A DNA stretch of 64,000 bases from Candidatus Micrarchaeota archaeon (lineage in GTDB: Archaea > Micrarchaeota > Micrarchaeia > Micrarchaeales > CABMGC01), in NCBI GenBank assembly GCA_021797995.1, contig JAJZYR010000001.1, positions 79,342-143,341 on the forward strand. Direction: 5' to 3'. A model generated the notes under the pieces. That model ran no database searches. It had not been told where the DNA came from and was given only the letters and a program-made list of their open reading frames with translations. Shown one piece after another: positions 19,673-29,102 of this stretch. The position numbers were made by a program, and so were the translations under genes. How positions within the stretch are numbered: the stretch's first letter is position 1; each line of letters opens with the position of its first letter.

Positions 19673-20560
19673 CTATTTCAGATATCTTCGATACTCTTTT
19701 ATATATCTTCTAAAGAACCACGCCACAAATATAGAATCAATTTTTTTGACCTGTGCCCTTTCCAAGGCATTATAATATCCTATCCTATTTTTGTAGGATA
19801 TATTGAGCATCGGATAACCAAGTCTGTTTAGAATAAAGTTCATAATGAGCCTTGATAATCTTCCATTTCCGTCTATAAACGGGTGTACTGTAACAAATTT
19901 TAAGTGTGCTAGTGCAGCCAACTCAACAGGATGCATTTTCATTCTGTTTTTATTGTACCAACTAAAGAAATCCTCAAGTAACGGCATGACTTCTACAGGA
20001 CTTGGAGGTATAAATTTGCTGCCATGTATCCAAACCTGCCTCGTTCGTATTTTTCCAGCTATATCCTTCTTTGTATTTTCAAAAAGAGTATGGTGCCATT
20101 CCAAGATGAGTTGCAGAGTCAGACCTTTTTTATATCTCAGCATATTATAAAAGATATTCGAATGCGCCTCGGCTTCTTTAGCATCTCTCGAAGGTTTATT
20201 TGAAGGTGTCACTCCATGCTGTAATAAATTAGCGGTTTCTTTTAGGGTTAGTGTTGAACCTTCTATTTTTTGAGTATCATAAGTAAACTTAATCATAAAT
20301 CCTTCAATTTCTTTGTCTTTTTCAGAGGGAGTTGCAGAACCGATGTCTTTTTTATAGGACGCCTTTATCTTATCCAATGATAAATACCACTTCTGAGTGT
20401 AAACCTGTGTGAGAAAATCGCTCTTTATTTTATCTAAATTCTTAGGTATACTACTCCCCAGATATTTCTCCTTCTTAATGACAGTTCCATTAAGCCTGAA
20501 AGAGTGTTCGATATAGTAGTACTTTTTATTACCGTATTTCCGTTCCCTTATATTTACCAT
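19673..20560 (-). CDS. Fic-domain protein (AMPylase family)
   Basis: HPFIDGNGRLSRL is the canonical HPFx(D/E)GNGR motif. An upstream TQKIEGS helix motif is present. ATG 20560 (MVNIRERKYG) lies about 25 nt after a minus-strand tttataaat TATA box. Confidence 0.85.
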   Translation of the reverse strand: MVNIRERKYGNKKYYYIEHSFRLNGTVIKKEKYLGSSIPKNLDKIKSDFLTQVYTQKWYLSLDKIKASYKKDIGSATPSEKDKEIEGFMIKFTYDTQKIEGSTLTLKETANLLQHGVTPSNKPSRDAKEAEAHSNIFYNMLRYKKGLTLQLILEWHHTLFENTKKDIAGKIRTRQVWIHGSKFIPPSPVEVMPLLEDFFSWYNKNRMKMHPVELAALAHLKFVTVHPFIDGNGRLSRLIMNFILNRLGYPMLNISYKNRIGYYNALERAQVKKIDSIFVAWFFRRYIKEYRRYLK

Positions 20561-20725
20561 AGTAATACTTGCCCCTACACATTTATAAATATTTGGTTTT
20601 TGATTGAAATGTAGGGGTAGATAGCTACTACTATGGGATTTGTATCCTGCCTCCTCGTAAACGTTAAATGGACTCAGCGTGGCTTCCAACAAAGTTGTAA
20701 GTTCCTCGTATATAGCTATATAACG

Positions 20726-21145
20726 CTATACGAGTATGGCTAAGATAATAGCAGGTACGATGACAAACCAGGCAAGTAAATACATCAGATTAAGCGGAAA
20801 GCTGCGTATATCTATCTTCTCTCCTAAGACGGTTATAAGCAAGTCCAAAATTATCGTAAATAGGAGAGAGGTGATACCAACTGGGAGAAGTTGGATAGCC
20901 GACAGGGACAAGTGCAATTCCGCTAGCACAACCTTGGTCGTTATGAAAAACGACACGAAGCTGCAAATCGGCACAGTAGCGATTGCAAGGGCTGAAGGAA
21001 GCCTCTTAACAATGGCAAGTGGGTGTTTATAGTCCATGCTGATTCTGAATAACTTGAAGTATATAAGGAAAAAGACAATGCCCAACAGCCATAGTCCGAT
21101 ATATCCTATTAATGGGATAAGGATAACGATCAGCTCGTTAGCCAT
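20726..21145 (-). CDS. small integral membrane protein, hypothetical
   Basis: 139 aa with 4 hydrophobic segments. AT-rich and co-oriented upstream of the Fic gene. Confidence 0.55.
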   Translation of the reverse strand: MANELIVILIPLIGYIGLWLLGIVFFLIYFKLFRISMDYKHPLAIVKRLPSALAIATVPICSFVSFFITTKVVLAELHLSLSAIQLLPVGITSLLFTIILDLLITVLGEKIDIRSFPLNLMYLLAWFVIVPAIILAILV

Positions 21146-21231
21146 GAACTTCGCCTACTTATTGTGACCTTGAGCAGTTATTATAATTATGCCTGGGGTG
21201 ATATGCACATGCCCACGAGGGACAAGTGGAA

Positions 21232-21303
21232 TGGACTCTGCGGGATTTGAACCCGCAACCTCCTGCATGCCATGCAGGCGCGCTACCATTGCGCTAAGAG
21301 CCC
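21232..21303 (-). tRNA. tRNA-Ala (anticodon GGC)
   Basis: 72-nt cloverleaf. Acceptor GGGCTCT/AGAGTCC with G3:U70. D arm GCGC-AATGGTA-GCGC. Anticodon arm CCTGC-ATGGCAT-GCAGG. T arm GCGGG-TTCAAAT-CCCGC. Discriminator A, no encoded CCA. Confidence 0.9.
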
Positions 21304-21641
21304 AGAATCTGCAGTTAGAGTTGTCTGATTTGACATGTGACATCCTCCCCGGGCTTTAGCCCGGGGCTTCCCATCGGACCAAGACTTCCCGATCCGAAGG
21401 TATGTTCTCGCTTCGACGGTCCCGCTTTCGCATCCGTTTCCGGGTGCAAAGAGGCAGGATCTCCACGAGCTTCAATTCCCGCATGCCCTGCGGTACTCTT
21501 GTGCAGTATATTCCTCGCAGCATTTATATCCCTGTCGATCCGGAGGCCGCACACCATGCAGGAGTACGTCCTCTCGCCGAGAGAGATGTCCCTGATTGCA
21601 CTGCACGCGCTGCACCTTCTTGTCGTATCCTTCGGTTCCAC
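21304..21641 (-). mobile_element. tnpB: IS200/IS605-family remnant: TnpB (OrfB) C-terminal fragment plus right-end hairpin
   Basis: The translated tail PKDTTRRCSACS...YSCMVCGLRIDRDINAARNIL carries a zinc ribbon and the RuvC-III DRDxNAAxNI motif. It continues into ...GSPGLKPGEDVT, which is encoded by the GC hairpin ccccgggc-ttta-gcccgggg (21347-21366). Only about 105 aa of a normally ~400-aa protein remain. Confidence 0.7.
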
Positions 21642-21851
21642 TGGGTCTATCCTTATCCCGACCTCCTCCCTGGCCTCTCTTACCGCAGCCGCGCTGATAG
21701 CCTCGCCTTTCTCTAAGTGGCCGGATGGCATAGAGTACCATCCATCCCTGTAACCGGTGCCTTTGCGCCTTATGAGAAGTATCTTCCCCTCCTTTCTGAG
21801 TAGGATGAATACGCCAATCCTGTGGCCGCTCCGTATCTCATGTCCAGGCAT
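21642..21851 (-). pseudogene. Nudix hydrolase, N-terminal ~70 aa, fused in frame to the TnpB fragment
   Basis: The complete Nudix box GHLEKGEAISAAAVREAREEVGI is followed within about 5 codons by TnpB sequence. The rest of the Nudix fold is missing. Confidence 0.65.
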
Positions 21852-21855
21852 CCGA

Positions 21856-22083
21856 TCACGCCGGCGAGACGAATAGGATGTTTCCGCCCCTCAGAAGCAC
21901 CGTGCCTATCTTTGCCTTCAGGTTTCCGCTCTCCAGCTCCTCAGCGCCGTCGAGCACGATATTCATGTGGGCATCGAACGAGACTACCTTTCCCCTGATG
22001 TCCAGGCCGTTCTTCAGCCTTATCATCACCTGCTTGCCTACCGCCTTGTTCAGAAGGTCAAAGGGCCGTTCCTGTATTGCCAT
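21856..22083 (-). CDS. archaeal Sm-like protein (SmAP/LSm)
   Basis: 75 aa. Sm1/Sm2 pattern: VMIRLKNGLDIRGKVVSFDAHMNIVLDGAEE...LLRGGNILFVSP. Confidence 0.85.
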   Translation of the reverse strand: MAIQERPFDLLNKAVGKQVMIRLKNGLDIRGKVVSFDAHMNIVLDGAEELESGNLKAKIGTVLLRGGNILFVSPA

Positions 22084-22131
22084 TCATACACCAGAAATCA
22101 GATATACATTAGAGCATTGGCGCATAGATAT

Positions 22132-23169
22132 TTAGGGCTTTACCTTTGACATATCTTCCTTCTTTATCGCAAGCCTGACAGATCCGGTGCCTATCGGTAT
22201 CTGCTTCCCCACAAGTATGTTCTCCGTGACTCCGCGCATCTGGTCCGTTTCTCCGAAGGCCGCGGCATTGATCAGGTGCTTGACCGTCTCCTCATATGCA
22301 GCCCTGGCGAATACCGACTTCTTCTCGCCGCTGAGCCCATGCCTTCCTACCCCCTTTACAGATCCGCTTGCAGTCATCGCGTCAGCTATGAGGAGCAGGT
22401 GCCGCAGGTCGACAGAGATCTTCTGCTCGTCAAGCGTGAGCTGCAGCTCCCTCGCAATTGCATTCCTTGCGGCTTCGATTCCGAAGAGCCTGTAGATGGC
22501 AAAGACGTCGTTTGTATATATCCTTGATTTGTCTATGCCCTCTATGCCCATCATGCCCTCTATGTTGCTCCCTGCCGAGATTATGTAAAATTCACCGGTC
22601 TTGAGGTTCTTTTGCACTATCGCCTTTCCCGCCCCTTCGATCCCGCTTATCACAGACCTCATGATCTTTACCCTCACAGCCCTGACCTCCTTGAGGTTCT
22701 TCGTATGGGTCTTTACAGTGAGCACCAGACCCTCAACGGCCACTTCGAGGCTGAGCAGCTTTCCCAGCCTGTCCGCAACCTGCCTGGGTGTCATGTCCTC
22801 TGACTCTAGCTCCTGCCTGCTTAAAGCGATCTTTATTGTCCCTTTTGCAAAGTTCTCAATAATCCTCCTGACAAGCGTGCCCATACGCACCTCGTTTATC
22901 TTCGCAGCGACCTTTTCCGCATCGTCGATGTTTCTGGAGGCCTTGGCATCGAGGTATATTGTCGAAAGCGGCGTTGTAGGCCTCTTCTTTGCATCCACGA
23001 GCTCTACTATTCTCGGAAGCCCTGATGTAGCTATGGCAGACTCAATGCCTGCGAAGTGAAACGACCTGAGGATCATCTGCGTTCCAGGCTCCCCGACAGA
23101 CTGCGCCGCAATCATTCCTACCGGCTCGCCGAACTCCACCTTGAAATCGCTGCTCTTCTCTTTTGCCAT
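22132..23169 (-). CDS. rpoA2: DNA-directed RNA polymerase subunit A''
   Basis: AAQSVGEPGTQM motif, appropriate size, and position directly after rpoA1. Confidence 0.9.
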   Translation of the reverse strand: MAKEKSSDFKVEFGEPVGMIAAQSVGEPGTQMILRSFHFAGIESAIATSGLPRIVELVDAKKRPTTPLSTIYLDAKASRNIDDAEKVAAKINEVRMGTLVRRIIENFAKGTIKIALSRQELESEDMTPRQVADRLGKLLSLEVAVEGLVLTVKTHTKNLKEVRAVRVKIMRSVISGIEGAGKAIVQKNLKTGEFYIISAGSNIEGMMGIEGIDKSRIYTNDVFAIYRLFGIEAARNAIARELQLTLDEQKISVDLRHLLLIADAMTASGSVKGVGRHGLSGEKKSVFARAAYEETVKHLINAAAFGETDQMRGVTENILVGKQIPIGTGSVRLAIKKEDMSKVKP

Positions 23170-23173
23170 GGCA

Positions 23174-25765
23174 TCACTTCTTGTCCTTTTCCGCCATCTT
23201 GGCGAACTGTGTTGCTACTGGTTCCATCCCGTCCCCGCCATATGAGGTCTGCACCACGTTGTTCGCCGTGTCCCTTACACTAAAGTCCTTTTCTATGTAT
23301 AGGTCCTGGAGCGCGTTCGACAGCCTCCTGTAAAGGTATCCAGACCTTGCGGTCAGGAGAGCCTTGTAGACTTCAGATCCCCTGGATCCGACGGCATGCA
23401 TGAACAGGTCTATGGGCGACAGCCCTGATTCATAGTTGGTCTGCACGAATCCGCGTGCCGAAGGCCTCACGTCGCCTTCGTATATGTGTGGAAGCACCCT
23501 CCTTGTATAGTATCCGCGTTTTATCCTGCCTCCGCTAAGCGTTGCCTGCTGCCCGAGAAACATGCTCATTTGCTCATATTGGAAGATGCTGCCTCTGGAG
23601 CCTGCCCTTGCCATCTGCATTGCGCTGTTCTGCGGGTCGATGTGCCTTATCAGCACGTCCCCTGCCTTCTCCCTGGCAAGGTTCAGGTCGACTATGATCC
23701 TCCTCTCGAGCGACTCCCTTCTAGTGTACCCTATCAAAGGCTCGAGTTTCCCGTTCTTGTACTGGCTTATCTTCTCGTCGATCAGCCTGAACGTGTTCTG
23801 CAGAAGCTCCTCCCTGGCCTTCTCTATCTCATTGTTGGTTGTATATTCCTTTACCCCCACAGTTACGCCGGCAAAGGTCACATATGCGTCCGCCAGCTTT
23901 GAAGAGAGGAAGAGGAACTGCTTGAGCACCTCGTCGCCGTACTCCATTCCTATCTTAATGAGCAGCTTGTTGTTGCCCTTGCCATAGGTCTCCTTGGTAA
24001 TCACCCCTTCGACGAGCTTGCCGTTGACTATCCTTACCATGCCCCCCGCGGTCTTGGTCTCGAAGTTCAGCTTTGGGGGGAGAAGCAGCGAGAAGATGTC
24101 CTTGCCCCTGTACATGCCGTCCTTGTCCGGTTCGGGCAGCTCGTATATGCCCCCGATCCCGAGTATGTACGACGCCTCGTCCTTGTTGAGCCTTGTCTCG
24201 TCTTTTGTGAGGAAGTACATTCCAGTGATCCCGTCCTCGTTATTCGTTATTACGGCCTCGCCGTCCCTTGGGGAGAAGACCTGATGCTGTACCGCAAGCA
24301 GGTACTTTGCTTCTACCTGCGCCTCAAGCGTCTGCGGAACATGCAAATTCATCTCGTCTCCGTCGAAGTCCGCGTTGTAGGGCGATGTCACGCAGAAGTT
24401 TATCCTGAATGTCTTGCCTGGCAGGACCCTCACCCTGTGTGCCATTATCGACATCCTGTGCAGGGACGGCTGCCTGTTGAACAAGACGATGTCGCCGTCG
24501 ACGAGCTGCCTTTCGAGAATGTCCCCGGGCTTTACCGCGGCAAGAAGCTCGTCGTGGTTTATGTCGATGACACGCTTCCTCTTCCCATCCCCGCTTATCA
24601 GGTTAAGTATCATGGGATATTCGGTCCTTGCAAGAAGCTCCTTTGCCTTGTCAAGGTTCCAGGCAGTCACATAGAACGGCACCGTGAGCCTTGAGGCTAT
24701 GTCATACGGTACACCCACCTCGTCGAGGTTTATGTATGGATCCACGCTTATTACGGTCCTTGCAGAGTAGTTTACGCGCTTTCCGCTCAGGTTATACCTA
24801 AAACGGCCCTCCTTGCCCTTGAGCCGCTGCGCAAGGGTCTTCAGCGCCCTTCCGCTTCTGTGCCTTGCCGGCGGTATTCCTGATGTCTCGTTGTTGAAGT
24901 ATGCGGTAACGTGATACTGGAGAAGCTCCCACAGGTCGTCTATGATTATCTGCGGCGCCCCGGCGTTTATGTTCTGGGCGAGCCTCTGGTTGATGCGCAT
25001 GATGTCAACGAGCTTGTGCGTAAGGTCATCCTCGCTTCTCTCCCCGCTCTCCAGCGTGATGGACGGCCTTACATTTACAGGAGGAACGAGAAGGTACGTG
25101 AGTATGAGCCATTCCGGCCTGCTCGAATCCGGGTCGATCCCGAGAATCCTCAAGTCCTCGTTGTTTATGCCCGTGAGCATGTCCCTGATCTCGTCCGGCT
25201 TGAGCTTCTTGTCCCCCATGTAGAAGTAAGTAGGCGAGGAGAACTTGATCTTAGTCTGCGGTGCACCGCAGTGCGGGCATTTCTTAGCGCTCCTAATCTT
25301 CTTAAGCACGCTCTTTCCGCCCTTCTTCTCGTCCACCTCGGCCGCATTGTCGGCTATTTCGGCATCTGTGAGGTCTTCCACCTCCAGCGCGATGATCTTC
25401 TTTGACTTGTCCTGGAGCCCGTGTATCTCATCGTCGGTGAGAAGGACCCTGTGGCACTCTCCGCATGTGGACTGCAGAAGCATGTATAGTATCTTTGAGA
25501 ACTCCGAGTGTATTACCGGCCTGACAAGCTCTATGTGCCCAAAATGCCCCGGACAGGACTTTGCACGTGCTCCGCACGTCTTGCACACAAGGCCTGGGTC
25601 TATTACCCCGAGCCTCTGGTCCAGCAGACCACCGTCTATAGGATAACCATCCTCGTTGTACGTGTCGGGGATGCTAAGCTTGACGACACTGAGCCTCTTG
25701 GCCTTCTCCGGCGATATTATGCCAAATTTCACATTTTTAATTATCTCGGCCTGCATATCAATCAC
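23174..25765 (-). CDS. rpoA1: DNA-directed RNA polymerase subunit A'
   Basis: NADFDGDEMN catalytic motif and N-terminal zinc-binding cysteines (CKTCG...CPGHFGH). Confidence 0.95.
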   Translation of the reverse strand: MIDMQAEIIKNVKFGIISPEKAKRLSVVKLSIPDTYNEDGYPIDGGLLDQRLGVIDPGLVCKTCGARAKSCPGHFGHIELVRPVIHSEFSKILYMLLQSTCGECHRVLLTDDEIHGLQDKSKKIIALEVEDLTDAEIADNAAEVDEKKGGKSVLKKIRSAKKCPHCGAPQTKIKFSSPTYFYMGDKKLKPDEIRDMLTGINNEDLRILGIDPDSSRPEWLILTYLLVPPVNVRPSITLESGERSEDDLTHKLVDIMRINQRLAQNINAGAPQIIIDDLWELLQYHVTAYFNNETSGIPPARHRSGRALKTLAQRLKGKEGRFRYNLSGKRVNYSARTVISVDPYINLDEVGVPYDIASRLTVPFYVTAWNLDKAKELLARTEYPMILNLISGDGKRKRVIDINHDELLAAVKPGDILERQLVDGDIVLFNRQPSLHRMSIMAHRVRVLPGKTFRINFCVTSPYNADFDGDEMNLHVPQTLEAQVEAKYLLAVQHQVFSPRDGEAVITNNEDGITGMYFLTKDETRLNKDEASYILGIGGIYELPEPDKDGMYRGKDIFSLLLPPKLNFETKTAGGMVRIVNGKLVEGVITKETYGKGNNKLLIKIGMEYGDEVLKQFLFLSSKLADAYVTFAGVTVGVKEYTTNNEIEKAREELLQNTFRLIDEKISQYKNGKLEPLIGYTRRESLERRIIVDLNLAREKAGDVLIRHIDPQNSAMQMARAGSRGSIFQYEQMSMFLGQQATLSGGRIKRGYYTRRVLPHIYEGDVRPSARGFVQTNYESGLSPIDLFMHAVGSRGSEVYKALLTARSGYLYRRLSNALQDLYIEKDFSVRDTANNVVQTSYGGDGMEPVATQFAKMAEKDKK

Positions 25766-27598
25766 CTATACGTTGAGTCTTACCTCAGGCATTATGTGCA
25801 GCGACTTTATCTCATCGAGCAGTATCTTGAAGGCATAGCTTATCTCGACCTCTGCAAAAGAATTTGAGCCGCACAGCGGGCATATCGTAACCCTCTTTAT
25901 CCTATCGTAGTAGCCGATGTCCCCGCACTCCTTGCATATGAGAACTTCCGCCTTGTCAGACTGGTCAAGGAGCCTCTCCTTCAGGAGCAGGCTTGCGCCG
26001 TAGCCTATAAGCGCATCGCGCTCCATCTCCCCGAACCTAAGTGCGCCCTGCCTGGCCTTGCCTTCCGTAGGCTGGTGGGTGAGTATCTGGACCTTGCCCC
26101 TGCTCCTCACCTGTATCTTGTTGCTTACCATGTGGTAAAGCCTGTTGTAGTATACCACGCCGGTAAATATCCCTGCCTTGAACGGCTTGCCCGTCATTCC
26201 ATCATACAGTGTCTCCTCGCCGTTCTTGTCGAAACCGTATTTCTCAAGTATCTTACCATACCCTTCTATCCTTGCCGAGCCCTTTTCCGTGAAAGCCGTA
26301 CCGTCGACAATGTGGCCGCCTACCGCTCCGGCCTTTCCAGCAAGCTCCTCGAGCAGATGGCCGAAGGTGAGCCTTGTCGGGATGGAGTGCGGATTGAGGA
26401 GCAGGTCAGGCACAATGCCTTCTGCCGTGAATGGCATGTCCTCTTGCGGCACTACCATCGCAATGACTCCCTTCTGCCCGTGTCTGCTTGCAAACTTATC
26501 CCCCTTCTCCGGGATTCTCAGGCTCCTTACCCTTACCTTTACTATCTTTGTGGCTCCCGTAGACTCCGTGAAGATCACGCTGTCAACGCTGCCTGTCTCT
26601 CCGGTCTTCAGCACCGATGAGTCGTCACGCATCTTCTCCTCAAGGCCTCCAGCGCCTATGCTCTCCTCAAGGAATCTCGGCGGAGCGACCTTTCCGATAA
26701 GCGCATCGCCCTCTACAACCTTCATCTCAGGCTCTATTATCCCATCGTCTCCGAGCTTCGAATATGCATGCTCGCCCATGTATCCTTCGGCCGTAGGCTG
26801 CGGAATCTTGAACTTGTCCTTCTGCCCTCCCGGATACCTCCTCTCCTCATCCACATACGTCTTGTAGAATATGCTTCTTCCTAGGCCCCTGTCAACCGCC
26901 GACTTGTTGACCACTATGGCGTCTGCCATGTTGTATCCGTAGTAAGTGGACAAAGCCACCACGAAATTCTGGCCGCTCGGATGGTGCTTTATGTTTGCCC
27001 CGTCATATGCTACCGTAGTCACTATTGGCGCCTGCGGATAGAAGAGCAGGTAACCTCTCGAGTCGAATCTCAGATTGAAGTTTGACGCATAAAGCCCCTC
27101 GGCCTGCTTGGTGAAGTTTGCAAGCATGGCGTGCCTGGCTATGTTATTGTGCTCCGGGAACGGCGAGGTATTGACGGTAAAGCCGAAGATCGATGCAACG
27201 TCTATCTCCATGTGCGTTGTCTTGTCTGTGATGTCCTCTTCGTTGAAGGCGACGAGCGCGTTCTCCTCCTCTTCAGCGTCAAGATATTCTAGTATCCCAT
27301 TTCTAAGCAGCGAATTGAAGTCGAGCTCGCGTTTCTTTACCTTCTCCACGATCTCCGGCGTCATCTTCGGCTTCATATGCTCCACGATGATGTACGGCTT
27401 CCTTATCCTGCCCCTGTCCGTGTTTATGTTTATCACGTTCAGGCTCTTTATGAACGCTATATTTGTCTCTCCCGAGATGAGCCCCTTCCTCCGCGCGGCC
27501 CTTATCTCGCTTACATACGCGTCAGGATCCGCAATGTGGCCTATGACCCTGCCGTTAAGGTACAGATAGCATCTCGATTCATCTTCCTTAGCCAACAT
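25766..27598 (-). CDS. rpoB1: DNA-directed RNA polymerase subunit B' (C-terminal half of split B)
   Basis: GDKFASRHGQKG motif and C-terminal CKECG...CPLCG zinc ribbon. ATG 27598 (MLAKEDESRCY) lies 7 nt after the rpoB'' stop. The longer track ORF overlaps rpoB'' out of frame. Confidence 0.9.
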   Translation of the reverse strand: MLAKEDESRCYLYLNGRVIGHIADPDAYVSEIRAARRKGLISGETNIAFIKSLNVININTDRGRIRKPYIIVEHMKPKMTPEIVEKVKKRELDFNSLLRNGILEYLDAEEEENALVAFNEEDITDKTTHMEIDVASIFGFTVNTSPFPEHNNIARHAMLANFTKQAEGLYASNFNLRFDSRGYLLFYPQAPIVTTVAYDGANIKHHPSGQNFVVALSTYYGYNMADAIVVNKSAVDRGLGRSIFYKTYVDEERRYPGGQKDKFKIPQPTAEGYMGEHAYSKLGDDGIIEPEMKVVEGDALIGKVAPPRFLEESIGAGGLEEKMRDDSSVLKTGETGSVDSVIFTESTGATKIVKVRVRSLRIPEKGDKFASRHGQKGVIAMVVPQEDMPFTAEGIVPDLLLNPHSIPTRLTFGHLLEELAGKAGAVGGHIVDGTAFTEKGSARIEGYGKILEKYGFDKNGEETLYDGMTGKPFKAGIFTGVVYYNRLYHMVSNKIQVRSRGKVQILTHQPTEGKARQGALRFGEMERDALIGYGASLLLKERLLDQSDKAEVLICKECGDIGYYDRIKRVTICPLCGSNSFAEVEISYAFKILLDEIKSLHIMPEVRLNV

Positions 27599-27605
27599 AC
27601 CACCT

Positions 27606-29081
27606 TCAGACCTGCTCGGCCTTGTGCAATTCATTGAGCTTCTGCTCGACCTGCGCCTCGTCGGCCCCCACCGTGACCTTTGACATGATTGCAAGATACT
27701 TCGTAAGCCCCACTTCCTGGCCCTCAGGGGTCTCGGACGGGCAGATCTTGCCCCACTGGGTCCCATGCACGTCCCTTGCGCGGAAGTGCGGATGTTTCTT
27801 CGCAAGCGGGGACTTTACCCTCCTGAGGTGCGTGTACGAGCTTATGAGATTCGTGCGATCAAGGACCTGCGATACCCCTGTCTGGCCTGCTACCCACGTC
27901 CCGGTCCCCATCGCATATGCAATTTTCTCGGTAAGCGTATCAGGGTTTATTATCGACTGTATGGAGAGCTTCCTGCCCCTCGCGCTCGTCCTCTCTATCT
28001 GATATTTGACCTCTTTTACGAAGAACCTGAAGGCATATGCAAAGAGCTCCTCCATCAGGTCCCCGGCAAACTTTACCCTCTTGTTGGCGTAATGATCCTT
28101 GTCGTCCTGCCTTGCGAGCTTGTTCCCTATAATTGTAGCCTTGCGCGCCATCTGTATCAGGTACTTGCCCTTTTCAATCCTGTCCTCGCTTCCGCTGCCT
28201 ATATGCGGCAGGAGATAGTTGTCGAGCTGCATCTCGGCGCGCTTCTCCTGGTACTTGCTTGCCTGCCCTGGCGCAGCCATCTTTCCAAGCTCCAGGAGCG
28301 CATCCTTTGGGGTAATATCCTTCGTATCGCTTATCTCGATGTTGAGGAGCATGTCATTCTTGAAAGGATGAAGGTCCTGGGCATAGGCGAGTATCTCGCC
28401 CATCTGCATGCCAAGCGCCCTGAGCAGCATTATCAGGTCGAGGCTCTTGCCTGTAGTAGGGAAGTCAACGCTGAATATGCCATTCTGGTTTCTTGAGACG
28501 ACACATCGCGCCCTGAAGCCAGGGGTGGTGGAGAAGACACGGCTCTTTACCTCCTTTCCGTCAGACTCCCTGGTGGTAATTATCCTGTTCGGGGCGACAT
28601 CCTCGAGCCCTATGAGCACGCGCTCCACCCCCTTGAGTATGAAGTAGCCTCCCGGATCGTCGGGATCCTCGCCGCTCTCAAGAAGCTGGCTTCTTGCCAT
28701 GGTCCTTGTGTTGCAGAGATTGCTCTTTATCATAATGGGCATCTCACCGACAAATACCTCCCCGTATGCCGCAGTCTTCTCAATGCCCCTTATAATCGGG
28801 ACCACTTCTATGAAGATCGGCGTGGCATAGGTGAGGTTTCTCAGCCGCGCCTCGTTTGGCAGTATGCCCCTCCTCGATCCGTCAGACTCGATGATGGAGA
28901 CCCTGTCAAGCCTTATGTTCCCGAGTTTCAGCGCAAATCCCTCCACGCTCGGCTCGATGAGGTTCTGCCTGCTTACCACCTTCTGTATGCTGCTGTCAAG
29001 GAAGCGGTTAAAACTCTCAGTCTGGTGCTGCACAAGGGATACCGAATTAAGGTAGGATTCCAATAGACCATATTGTCGCAT
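27606..29081 (-). CDS. rpoB2: DNA-directed RNA polymerase subunit B'' (N-terminal half of split B)
   Basis: 491 aa colinear with RNAP second-largest-subunit N-terminal regions. Located between rpoH and rpoB'. Confidence 0.9.
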   Translation of the reverse strand: MRQYGLLESYLNSVSLVQHQTESFNRFLDSSIQKVVSRQNLIEPSVEGFALKLGNIRLDRVSIIESDGSRRGILPNEARLRNLTYATPIFIEVVPIIRGIEKTAAYGEVFVGEMPIMIKSNLCNTRTMARSQLLESGEDPDDPGGYFILKGVERVLIGLEDVAPNRIITTRESDGKEVKSRVFSTTPGFRARCVVSRNQNGIFSVDFPTTGKSLDLIMLLRALGMQMGEILAYAQDLHPFKNDMLLNIEISDTKDITPKDALLELGKMAAPGQASKYQEKRAEMQLDNYLLPHIGSGSEDRIEKGKYLIQMARKATIIGNKLARQDDKDHYANKRVKFAGDLMEELFAYAFRFFVKEVKYQIERTSARGRKLSIQSIINPDTLTEKIAYAMGTGTWVAGQTGVSQVLDRTNLISSYTHLRRVKSPLAKKHPHFRARDVHGTQWGKICPSETPEGQEVGLTKYLAIMSKVTVGADEAQVEQKLNELHKAEQV

Positions 29082-29102
29082 GCTATCACCAGCATAGAGA
29101 GC

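Noticed and set aside
21155-21343. 62-aa ORF on the minus strand
   Set aside because: It is fully explained by tRNA-Ala(GGC) (21232-21303) and the IS right-end remnant. It has no independent coding signal.
27599-27805. N-terminal 69-aa extension of the rpoB' ORF (MRRNIRTSAQG...)
   Set aside because: It overlaps the 3' end of rpoB'' in another frame and is Arg/Ser-rich nonsense. The conserved B' sequence begins at MLAKEDES (ATG 27598), 7 nt after the rpoB'' stop.
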